Part shown: piece by piece, positions 13,544 to 25,500 of the stretch
Numbering within the stretch: position 1 is the stretch's first letter
Layout: every line of letters begins with the position of its first letter
From: Haliotis rufescens
Taxonomy: Eukaryota
Assembly (NCBI RefSeq): GCF_023055435.1
Contig: NW_025963780.1
Span: 10,168,001 to 10,232,000 of the forward strand
Direction of reading: 5' to 3'
DNA length: 64,000 nucleotides
The notes under the pieces: generated by a model
Told to the model about the DNA's origin: nothing
The model's database searches: none
The model's input: the letters and a program-made list of their open reading frames with translations, nothing else
Translations under genes and position numbers: made by a program

Positions 13544-16500
13544 TTGACCTCAAAGTCACCGAACCAAGGATCATGGTTGTCAACTTACCATTCCTGGCAA
13601 CCGATGGTGACCTTGGCGCCGGGTTTAATGGCCGTGTAAGGATCCTCCAGTGAGTAGCAGTTGCACTGATCCTGTGGAACACAGTTATTTTCTTGGTCAA
13701 GATAGTTTCCTGGCTTGCAAGTGCAGCCCTGCAGACAGTCGCCATTGCATTTTCCACCACTTAGACTGATGTCACGACAGGAAGTCGCACAGCTCTTCAC
13801 GCAACAGCTATATTGCTTATCGTCGTCTTGGTCGCCGGCCCCAGCTGCACACGTGGTCATTGACGCTAGTAAAGAAGGAAGCCATATCATCATATTAATA
13901 ACATCCCACCAGACTACGTTTTATCTCTAGTATCAGTTGGTTGCTTCACTAAATTGCCAATGAGCATATACAGTCAGGTATTCGTTTGTCCCTCTACAAT
14001 GTCTAGCACTATCTCAAGCATTTTTATGTTGGAAACATAATGGGTACTGTATCGCATTTGTTTTAAAATTCAAATAGAAATAAGTTTCAGTTGGAAGTGC
14101 TGCACCCGTGAGCGTTCGAGATAATCCAATAAAAATACCAGTGGAATAACCAAACAAACTGAACGAAAATCGAAAGAACTTACAGCAATCTACTGTAGCT
14201 GAGTCGTTGAACTGGGTAAGGCAGATGCCACAATCACGAAGCATTCCTTTGAGAAGGCTACATACTCCCACTCCACGCATGGCCTCACAGGCCACTTCGT
14301 ACTCATCCAGTTTGCTCATGTCCAATGTTGGGCACTTGTTGGTGATAGCTTTTCTCATGTTCACACACTGCAATAGTTAAACGTTTGGAATGTATTTGCA
14401 GTGATATTATTTGCCAGGTAACATGTTTCGTTTCTAGTGAGCTGCAATAGACTGTTTTCAAACCCACGAAAATTATCTTTGATGTTGTTTATGATTTAAA
14501 GCAGCAAAGGCATTCTTACAATATGCGTTGGTGAAAAGCAGGTGGGTGGCGTGCATGAAGGGCTATACCTGTGGTGTTTTGGATGTGGTGTCATACGCAT
14601 CAAATGCAAGACACCTGTCCTGGGAGTTCCCGGCAATGAAGTCTTCTTCACTGAACTGACCCTGCGATACTGGGTCGATGAGGTCGTTAGCAGGGTTATA
14701 GTCGAAGTTACCACAGAGACCTGTCACCTAGAACACAAACAGATTGAGAAGGTCCTTATATTCTTTACACTGGAACAAAGTTACAAATTTTCATGTCGCC
14801 TTCACACATAATGTCGCCTGTCCATATGGAAGGAGATTCGCACATCCCTGAATGACTGGTATTTTATAATTATATCCCTATTGTTACAATTGAATCCTAT
14901 TTCAATAAAGAAATATAGTTTCAGGTGATCACAGTTATATATATTTATGTGATCATCTATATATTTATATATATATTTATATATATACACACACACCATA
15001 TTACCTTAATCCTCAAACGGAGACTTACATATGTGAATAGGCGTGTTCTGGTTTCGCCACTTGGGGCAATATTTCAGCTTTATCACGGCGTTGGATTGAG
15101 GGGCCTCATTTTAAGCAAATGGACATAGACTACATAACTTCACTGTTTATCACAACGACGGTGTTGTGGCCTCTCGTTGTTTGGCGTTACATACCCTGGT
15201 TGAGTAGACACTGGGTCTTGCTGAAATGTGGATACCGCTGGTCTTGTCGATTGAAACTGTGAGGTCCATGAATTCAACAACGTAGATATCCGCGGCTGTG
15301 CTGATGAACAATCCAGTCTTGAAGAATGGAAGAGGTTTGGTTTGACCATTCACTTTGAAGGTGGTGTCTTTCACACCGATCTGATAGCTGTCGCTTCCTC
15401 TGGTAACTGTGACTGTCATGAGACTCATGTCTGCTGCTGCTGCAGCTTCGACTTTCATTTTGCCTGGGAGCTACAACAGATTCATTGCAGTTAGTGATTG
15501 CTTATTTTGAGCGACATGCTAGTGGTCATGCTAAATACTAGTATCATATACCATAGTGCCCGCTTCAACATAACCAAAAAGATCAATTTTATCTCTCCTC
15601 ACAGTAACTGTGTATCACAGTAATATCCCCTTACCTCCAACAATGTGAAGGAACACTCAGTTGCTCCTCTGTTGGACACCTTGAAAGAGGACTGATCAAA
15701 CTGTCTGACGGTTTTGAGACCTTTAACTTCGCAGGTGCCTGGACAGTCCTCCTTAACACATTTCCATATGCCATAGGTTTGACAGGTACTGTAATGAAAG
15801 GCAGATTCGTTACTTCAACAATTATACATTTGTACATTATCTCACTATTTCATTGGCCCCTCTATCCATACAAGCCTTGAACTCATTTCGATTGTTTGGA
15901 GATTCGCCCCGCTAAGCCCTTGATGGACCATGATCTCAGGCGCAGGGCAGAGGTAATCTTTATTCGTTACTCTGGTTAATTCGCAACTTTAATAGACAGT
16001 CATAAAGTGAGTATTTCAAATATCTAGCCCAACATGGTAGGTTGTTTTTTCCGCGACATAATTACGTGATACGCCTAGTTCAGACGCTATAATTTACCGT
16101 TATCTCAACTCAGGTTGACAAGTGTTCTTTGTGTCGTTAGGGCGCAAGGAAGAACCAAACTAACACAATATTAATGAATTCGTCTTACATGCAGAAGACA
16201 ATGCTGTGCTTATTTTGTGCAGGAAATTGTCAAATAACCAGCTGAAAGTGTTTTCTATGTTTCTCTTCGAAGACTAGCTTCCGAATACAAAGTTTACTTA
16301 TCCTAAAGACTTGCAATAAGTGCTCTTACCATGACATACACTTGTCCTTCGTGTACATCTTTTCGTCGATGGCAAAAAGCTTCTTGTCGTAGACGCACTT
16401 GCATTCATTAGGGACCACGCAATTTCCTGCATTGTCTATGACCTTTCCGGCTTCGCAGACACATCCAGCCATGTGTTGAGAACATTCTGGACTACTGAGC

Positions 16501-19500
16501 CTCAGAAGGTTTTCTGTGTCCATCATACCGCACATTGCAGGGCATGGGGATGCATACACAGAGAAGACCTTTCCAGCGGGGCACTGCTTGGCTGAAGAAT
16601 TAAAACATGACCCAATTTATTTGGATGAAAATAATAATGGTTGTATTAATAATATTGTTTTAATGAAGAGACGTAATGACATAACTAATAGTTTCCGGTT
16701 ATTATAGGACGATCAGCAATAGGAAACAGCAACAATGATAATTGCATTTTCCAAATCATCAAACTCATCTTGCCTAAATAGGATAGTATACTTACGACAG
16801 AAGCTCTTCGTTCGCCATTTAAAGTAGACTTGCTTAGCAATACACATGGAAGCATAGAGAGACAGCGTGTTGCACACAGCTTCCTGTTTGAGCTCAGGGG
16901 TCGCGGCATTGCAGTAGGCTCTCTTGCACTCATACTGGCTCAATGTGGGGTTCACCTATAACAATAACACACGTGTTACAAGACATAGGTATAAATACAG
17001 AGTCGACAAGCATTTTACAATTTGATAAACGTTACAAGACAACGGGTTTACACTCGACGAGCTCACAAGTGGAACAAATTTATCACAATTGGACAAACTT
17101 TTCTAGACGTTTACATGCACTCCATCTCTTTTTGCAGTAAAAGTATTTTCTTTCTAAAGTTATCCCCCCCTGCAGCCAGAGGCTACTCACGATATCGTTG
17201 CAGGTTCTGAATCCACTGCTTCTGAGCCAAGCACAGGCCTTGCTAGCATTGTCTTCCTCCTCCCCAGCAGCGCAGCGTCTCAGACCCTCGCCACACTGGA
17301 GAAAGAGTCATCATATTGGATGCAGAAGTGTTAACAAAAAATCATTTATATATTCAGCAGCAGTATGTTCAGGGAGTGTTGATATAAATTATAACACATC
17401 ATACACAGAGTGATATCACATTATGTACAGCGAAGGTGATAACACGTGATATACAGAGAGGTTGATGTCCCATCATATACAAAGAGGTCGATAGCACGTG
17501 AAATACAGAGAGGTTGATATCCCATCATATACACAGAAGGTTATAACACGTGATATACAGAGAGGTTGATATCCCATCATATACACAGAAGAGAGAGAGA
17601 GAGAGGGGGGGGGGGGGGGGGGGGGGCGGTTGATATCACATTGTACACAGAGAGGGTTGATATTACATGTGCCGTGAGAGTTGATAGTACAGTATGTACA
17701 AAGAGAGTTGATACTACATGTACAAAGAGAGTTGATAGTACATTTCATACAGAGAGAGTTGATATGACATCATACACAGAGAGGGTTGATGTCACATTAT
17801 ACACAGAGAGGGTTGATATCACATCATACACAGAGAGAGTTGACATCACATTATATACAGAGGGGGTTGATATCATATTATATACAGAGGAGGTTGATAT
17901 CACATTATACAGAGAGGGTTGAAATCACATTATACACAGAGAGGGTTGATATCACATTATACACAGAGAGGGTTGATTTCACATTATATACAGAGAGGGT
18001 TGATGTCACATGATATACAGAGAGGGTTGATGTCATATTATATACAGAGAGGGTTGATATCACATCATACACAGAGAGGGTTGTTATCACATTATACAGA
18101 GAGAGTTGAAATCACATAATACACAGAGAGGGTTGATATCACATCATACACAGAGAGGGTTGATGTCACATTATATACAGAGAGGGTTCATGTCACATTA
18201 TATACAGAGAGGGTTCATGTCACATTATATACAGAGAGGGTTGATGTCACATTATATACAGAGAGGGTTGATGTCACATTATATACAGAGAGGGTTGATG
18301 TCACATTATATACAGAGAGGGTTGATGTCATATTATATACAGAGGGGGTTGATGTCATATTATATACAGAGGGGGTTGATGTCATATTATATACAGAGGA
18401 GGTTGATATCACATTATACAGAGAGGGTTGAAATCACATTATACACAGAGAGGGTTGATATCACATTATACACAGAGAGGGTTGATTTCACATTATATAC
18501 AGAGAGGGTTGATGTCACATGATATACAGAGAGGGTTGATGTCATATTATATACAGAGAGGGTTGATATCACATCATACACAGAGAGGGTTGTTATCACA
18601 TTATACAGAGAGAGTTGAAATCACATAATACACAGAGAGGGTTGATATCACATCATACACAGAGAGGGTTGATGTCACATTATATACAGAGAGGGTTCAT
18701 GTCACATTATATACAGAGAGGGTTCATGTCACATTATATACAGAGAGGGTTGATGTCACATTATATACAGAGAGGGTTGATGTCACATTATATACAGAGA
18801 GGGTTGATGTCACATTATATACAGAGAGGGTTGATGTCATATTATATACAGAGGGGGTTGATGTCATATTATATACAGAGGGGGTTGATGTCATATTATA
18901 TACAGAGGGGGTTGGTAGCACGTTATACATGTTCAACGATTGTTGACAATACATACATCAAAGGTTCATGATATGCATATATACATGTATTTCAGTTTCA
19001 AAGAACATTACTGTTAAAATGATCTGACATACAACTTACCTTGTCTGAGCTTCTGAAACTGCCTGCGATACCCTTGACTTCGACGGGATTGCTTAGGAGA
19101 GCGTATTCAGCTATAGAGAAAATAATTTGCATATAATACATGTCAGGAGAATTGAGGCGATTGATAAAAGAGTCCTATTCTCTGGGCATTTATATTGCCA
19201 TATTGTTTTTTTTTTGTTCAGGTGAAGCGAAGAGCGTAGTTTGTGATAAGTATTACGAACCTGCTGGATCGCCCTTGCCGTTACCGCACATTCCGGTGAA
19301 ACCTCCATCTTCAAGCGTTGCCCTGTCGGCTGTGACCACTGCCATACCGTCATCATCAACACCGACGGTGATCTCGAATTTCGAGAGTTTGAAGTTCTTA
19401 CGTTCCATCTTTTCGTAAACGGTAATGTCTGAAAAGAATGATAACATGTATTCTCGCAAAGACATTGTCTCTTGCTTTCTCCCAATACCCACAGTAGTTT

Positions 19501-22500
19501 TTATCTCGCCTAACAGCACGTTATTTTTATCTTCATTGTATTCTCACAGTCACCATTATTTCGACATCACCGCGTTTTTAATCATATTAAAATCCAGGCA
19601 CGATTACTTTTATCTTATGTAATGCCTCGTTAACGATTATTTCTCTTATTTGTGATACCATTATAATTGTATTACTTCATTTATATTACACCGGTTATCA
19701 ATGTTATACAAATATATCTTATTCATATCATCTGCATTATGTTGCAACGGTGATCGTTAATACAACGTTTCATCTAACAAGGCCAAGATCTGAAACGATT
19801 TTTGTATGTTGGAATGGGTTACTTGAAAGACATAAACGAATTACTTTGCTTCATCAGTACTGTGGCACCTCGTCAACTCAAAGGTCTGGGTACCATCGTA
19901 TTTGTTGAGAATTCCGGAATTCAGACTTAAGTGACATACGGCGGGACCATACAGGTACCATATACTGAGATGTGACGACTTCGTGATGACGAGGTTTCAC
20001 TGTAGTTTGCTGTTATATGTGAATGTACGAGATGACTACGGCACTTAGCCCGGTTCTTTGTATCTGAGTGTGTGTGTGTTATGTAGTTCATTCCTTTTCC
20101 TCCTACCTCCAAGGCTTTTTGGTTCGCCTGAAATTTCAGTTTCAGTTCCATCAGGGCTGGTCACTTTTCCAGTTTCGCTACTGTAGGTGTATGATTTTCC
20201 GTCCATTGTGATTGTGAGAGACTGAAAAGAAAGAAATGTTATACTTCATAAGGGTAATGAGGGTGAAAAGTATTAGGATAGCCTAAACGGTTAAAAATGA
20301 ATATATTTCCACTGGTAATAATAAGACCACAGGTTGACGTAACACAGACATCGTTGTTGGTGTAGTACAGACATCATTGTTGAAGTAGTACAGACATCAT
20401 TGTTGACGTGGTACAGACACCATTGCTGTCGTAGTACAGACATCATTGTTGACGTATGACAAACATCCTTTTTGGCGTAGTACAGACATCATTGTTGACG
20501 TATGGCAAACATCCTTTTTGGCGTAGTACAGACATCATTGTTGACGTAGTACAGACATCATTGTTGACGTAGTACAGACACCATTGTTGGCGTACTACAG
20601 ACATCATTGTTGACGTAGTACAGACATCATTGTTGACGTAGTACGTATGTCAATTTTTGTCGCGTAATGCCTAAACGTATTGTAGGCACAGTTACAAACA
20701 AATATATTTTTTATCATGGCATATATCCATTTGCTATTTGTATAACATACCTAATACACTGCTATTGTCATTCAGCAAAACTGTGCAATATGCACCCTTT
20801 CATATTCTTTTATCCCCCTCTTTGAATACATTGGATTAGTTTCACCATGCCATCTTTGTCATCAAGTATCGATATGCAAATTAGATTTGTCGGATGTGAC
20901 ATTTGCTCTCTTTTAAACGGTCAACGAGTTAATTTTGGTTAAAAAAATTAATGCGACAAAAATCTCAATTCTCAAACCTGATACTCGTCGAACACCTAAA
21001 ACCTTCTATCACATGTAAGCCAAAATCAGTTCAGACAAGAAAGGCTCAAATTACCTTCTTGCACTTGCATGTAGAACCGGGATCACAAGTTGTGTAAGCG
21101 GTGATCTTGATGTTGGCGTTCTGGATGAGAGTCATTGTGCAAGTTGAACAGTAGTGGTAATCGACGCCGTCGAAGGTACGGTAGCTGCACTCTCCGAAAG
21201 ATCGGCAGGTCTTCGTACGGAAATCACCCTCACCGCCAATGACTGTTGCGTTCACTGCAGAGACAGGGTTTGCACATATATAATCTTATCACATCGTATC
21301 ATGTTGTAATTCATATTATCTTATATCGAAAAAGAAACATATCACTTTATATACATGTCAACATATCGTAGTATATATATATATATATTCTGTTATTGCC
21401 ATAATGGATTTACCATTCCAAAAACAGTCAAATTAACTGCACCTTAAATGAAGTCCTTATATTCGATTTGACAAGCAGCATATATGGTTTACATTTAATC
21501 AATATTTAACCTAGTATAAAATGCTTCTGTTTCATATATTCAAGGATACATGCAACGCGAGTCGAGATATTATTCTAATGAAGTTGTTAACGATATAGAT
21601 CTGTTGTGAACAGTTAACGTATACCTGTCGCATGGTATATGTACTTCATGTTCAAAACAGAAGTACAAATTAGACTAACCAAGCTATCGCTAGGATAATA
21701 TGAATTCTATGATTCGATGATTTTACGAATTCGTGTATACCATAAAACCTACACTCCTTTGATAAAATCAGTATGATTAATAAACGAATGTAATAATCTC
21801 TGGAACCGATTGTATTCCCCATACGTACCCTTGTTGCAGATGCTGCAAGTGTCTCGGTTACCCCAAGATCCACCTTCTGTACAACAAGGGCCTTCTGCCG
21901 TGTACTGACTCTTCTTGGAGCCGCTACAGAATTTGCCAACGTAGCAGTAGGACTCTGTAAGAACGAAAATATAAATATGTTCAGACAATGACAATTATTG
22001 TGGTTGTTCAGTGAAATATATTTAGCTCAATAAAACGTACCTAGAGTTGATATTATATGTATAATTTGTATTGGTCTTATCCGACATGTCACATACAACG
22101 ATTCAGCTTTAAGAGGGGTTGATGAATTGTTTGTAACAAGTACTGACATCGTTTTAAGTGGGATAACAAGACAATTACTATGCCGTCATTATATTGAAGA
22201 CATATACGAACATATAAATAAAGGATTTTTATGAATCTACGTAATACGTATTCAAATCTTAATCCATCACCATCTTTCAAAAAACATATATATCAAGTAT
22301 GTGGTTTGATAATGTCTGTTACGGGCTCTATCTGGTTTATATTGTTCAATTAAAAAGAATGCAAAAATCATGTCGGTAGCAGTGAGACATTCCATAAGGG
22401 AGTTATGCTATTATTACATTTGAGTACAAATGCCACTTACCTCCTGGAGCCTCCTCACAGTTTCTCCCAGTATAATTGTTTTTACACTCGCAGAGGTCGG

Positions 22501-25500
22501 GTTTCACACAGAGCCCATCTGGCCCGCATCCACCCTGACAAACAGCTACAAGGAAAGATCATACATCAGCTCATGTTTTAAACTCCCATGTGATTCCATT
22601 GAATATCATTGGTATATAACGCAAAGTCACACGTGCTAACTCAAGTGATTAACAGTAATCGTTACTCATAGTCAAGCATAGGTGCGCAATTATGGTCGAT
22701 TATTTAAAGGCCGCAGTGATATAAATGCAATACTGTACACTGCGACAGGACGAATATACATGTATGTTGTGTTGCATTTTCAATTTGAAATTAGATAAAA
22801 CAGTTACCACCAGTATAACATGATAAGAAGATTAACTTACGATCGTTGCAGTCGTTACCACCGTAACCGTCGCAACAGCCCCACTTGTCCACCTCTTTTT
22901 TGCTATAAAGATATTTATTGGTCAGTCAAAGCAATGATCTCGTCTGCCATAACGAAATGTGAATAGGGACGGAATAGAAACCACATTTCTATTTCTAAAT
23001 TACCCAACGAAGAAAGATGTTGCTTCCTCCTGATTTACAGACAAACTCAAAGTTTCATCACATTGTATTTCTTCCAGATTATCACTAGGGGATGGTTAAA
23101 CATTCCAGTAGGTAATACATGCTACGGGGAAGTCGCAACATACTTACAGACCGGTTCCATCTTGTACATAGATTAAAATTGTTGGATACCAAATAAATAT
23201 CTAGTTTAATTAAACAGATTAAATTGAATATGCTAAAAAAAAGTATTGTCCTTAAACTAATCACTAAATAAACAGATTAAGACGAGATAGACGTTTATAT
23301 ATACTGTCATTTAACGTCCCATGAGGTCCCAGATCTGAATCATGTATTGCGTATGTAAACAGACTTGTGAGTCGCTTGAAGGGCAAGCGGTGCATGCAAG
23401 TTTTCAGTTAAATGTTTTTGCATGTACATTTGACAAGAAACAATAAATGGCTAATATTATTTACACACATTTTAGCTAAGGGAAGCACTTTTGTAAGATA
23501 TGTCGAGATCACTAGATCTATTTGGGTATTTATGCAAACAACCTTACTACACTTCAAATATCCCTAGAAATGGGCTACACTTTTATTTTTAATAAGGCTG
23601 CCATTTTAAAAATTTGGTCTGACTTTCGGAACCTGATCCTAGAGACACACTTTCATCATCATTGACCTTTTGGATGAGAGGAATCGCCGAAAAATATAAA
23701 ACTCGGACAATGGCAACGGACACCACGGCATGTTGGACCAATGTTTTATCTACAGATGACAATTGTCAAAAAAACATGTACTATGCAATTCTTAACTCGT
23801 AGTAATGTTATTGTAAAGCAAGTGGAAACAATTCAGAGGCGAGTGACATACAGGAAAATTATTAAAAAATTAACATCACTAGTTATTTATAAAGATGAAA
23901 TCAACAAAACAGGACTTTGAATTAATAAGATAAAAGTTATTTATATATGATACATTTGACGCCAGGTACAAGCATACAATGTACAGATCGGTGAAGTTTA
24001 TCATGTGATAAATTACGTGATTTGCTAAAAACATGCTAATTATATGACTTTGAGTGAATGATGTTTATGACACCCACACGTTAGATTATTTGTGTATGCC
24101 CTTGCACCCAGTGTACATGTGAATTAACAAAACATTTGTCTTTAGAATTGTTGATAAATACATAAAGTAGCAGACACTTTGTAAGTTGTTCAAGCAAACT
24201 AGTAATGATGCATTAAGTATAATACCCTAAGCGTGCTGACTGGACATATGCTGGGAAACATTTTCGAAGCTCAATGTTTGTTGAACTATTTGCGAACATG
24301 CACTCCACAATTTGATAGCGGCCTACAAGATAAATATTTTTGCATGTATATTAATTACTTACCTAGTATAAAAACATGGGATGTCCATTGTGGAGAGTTC
24401 CACTGCATTTTTCTGCTTGAGATCCTTTCCTGGGTTCAGTTTGTAAATCTCGTCCATGACCGGGAAAAATCCATTTCCGACCATGGTCAACAATTGCGTA
24501 CATGATGCAGTTTCGTTCTTTTCTTCAAGTTTGGTCGTATTACAGTACGCCGCTCTGTAAAAGTAACATAATGTCAAAGTGACAGCCATTGCAACTTGGT
24601 GCAGAAATTATAAACGCGATGATATTATTAAGATACTACAATTATATCATGGGGAAAGTTAATATGACACTGGTAAGACAATTACGATAATGCAATGATA
24701 TCATAGTGAAATCTATTATGAAACTGGAAAGACTTTTAATATAATACAATGATAGCATAGTGAAATTAATTATGAAACTGGTAAACTAGTTAGATAATAC
24801 AATATCATAGTGAAATTTATTAAGATACTGGTAAGACTATTAAGAACATACAATGATATCATAGTGAAATTTATTATGAAATTGTAAGACTATTGTGATA
24901 ATAAAATTATATCACAGTGAATATAAAGCGTCAACGTCAAAACATAATCTCGATTATATGATGAAATTGACCCTATTGGGCGTAAGAGGCAAAAACAGTA
25001 ATGGAAATTGTATGACTGGATCACTTAATATCCGTGTTGGTGTAAATGGTAAGCAGGTTATTATGAAACTGGTCAGGCTAGTATGATAACACAAATTATA
25101 TCATTGTGAAAGTAATTATGTAAATGATGACACCCTTTCAGTTACAGAATCCCCTCATTCGGCATTTGCTGTTTGAAACGTTCAACTAATCAATTATTAA
25201 TACTGAGTTGTGGGTTGGAGGTGTGGGGTTATATGGTTAAAATAAATAGCATACACCATTCAAACTCGATTATTGATATTTTTATATATTGTATCAACGA
25301 TTACAATGTATAAGCTATAACTTCTATATAAAAAAGGAACGTTCTTCAAGCGATGAGCGAAGTAATTAACGAAGGCCTATAAACACCTTATCATTTAATG
25401 TATCTTATGTAAAGTTGTAAAGATGTATTGATAACTTATGAAGTATGTGAAGGGGCGGTAAACGTCAACTCGAGGTAAGCACCACGTCACACGTCCCGAC

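Noticed and set aside
17473-18971. Many repetitive ORFs (YTERVDITL / SHYIQRGLM)
   Set aside because: 27-bp minisatellite inside an intron whose flanking exons join in frame without it.
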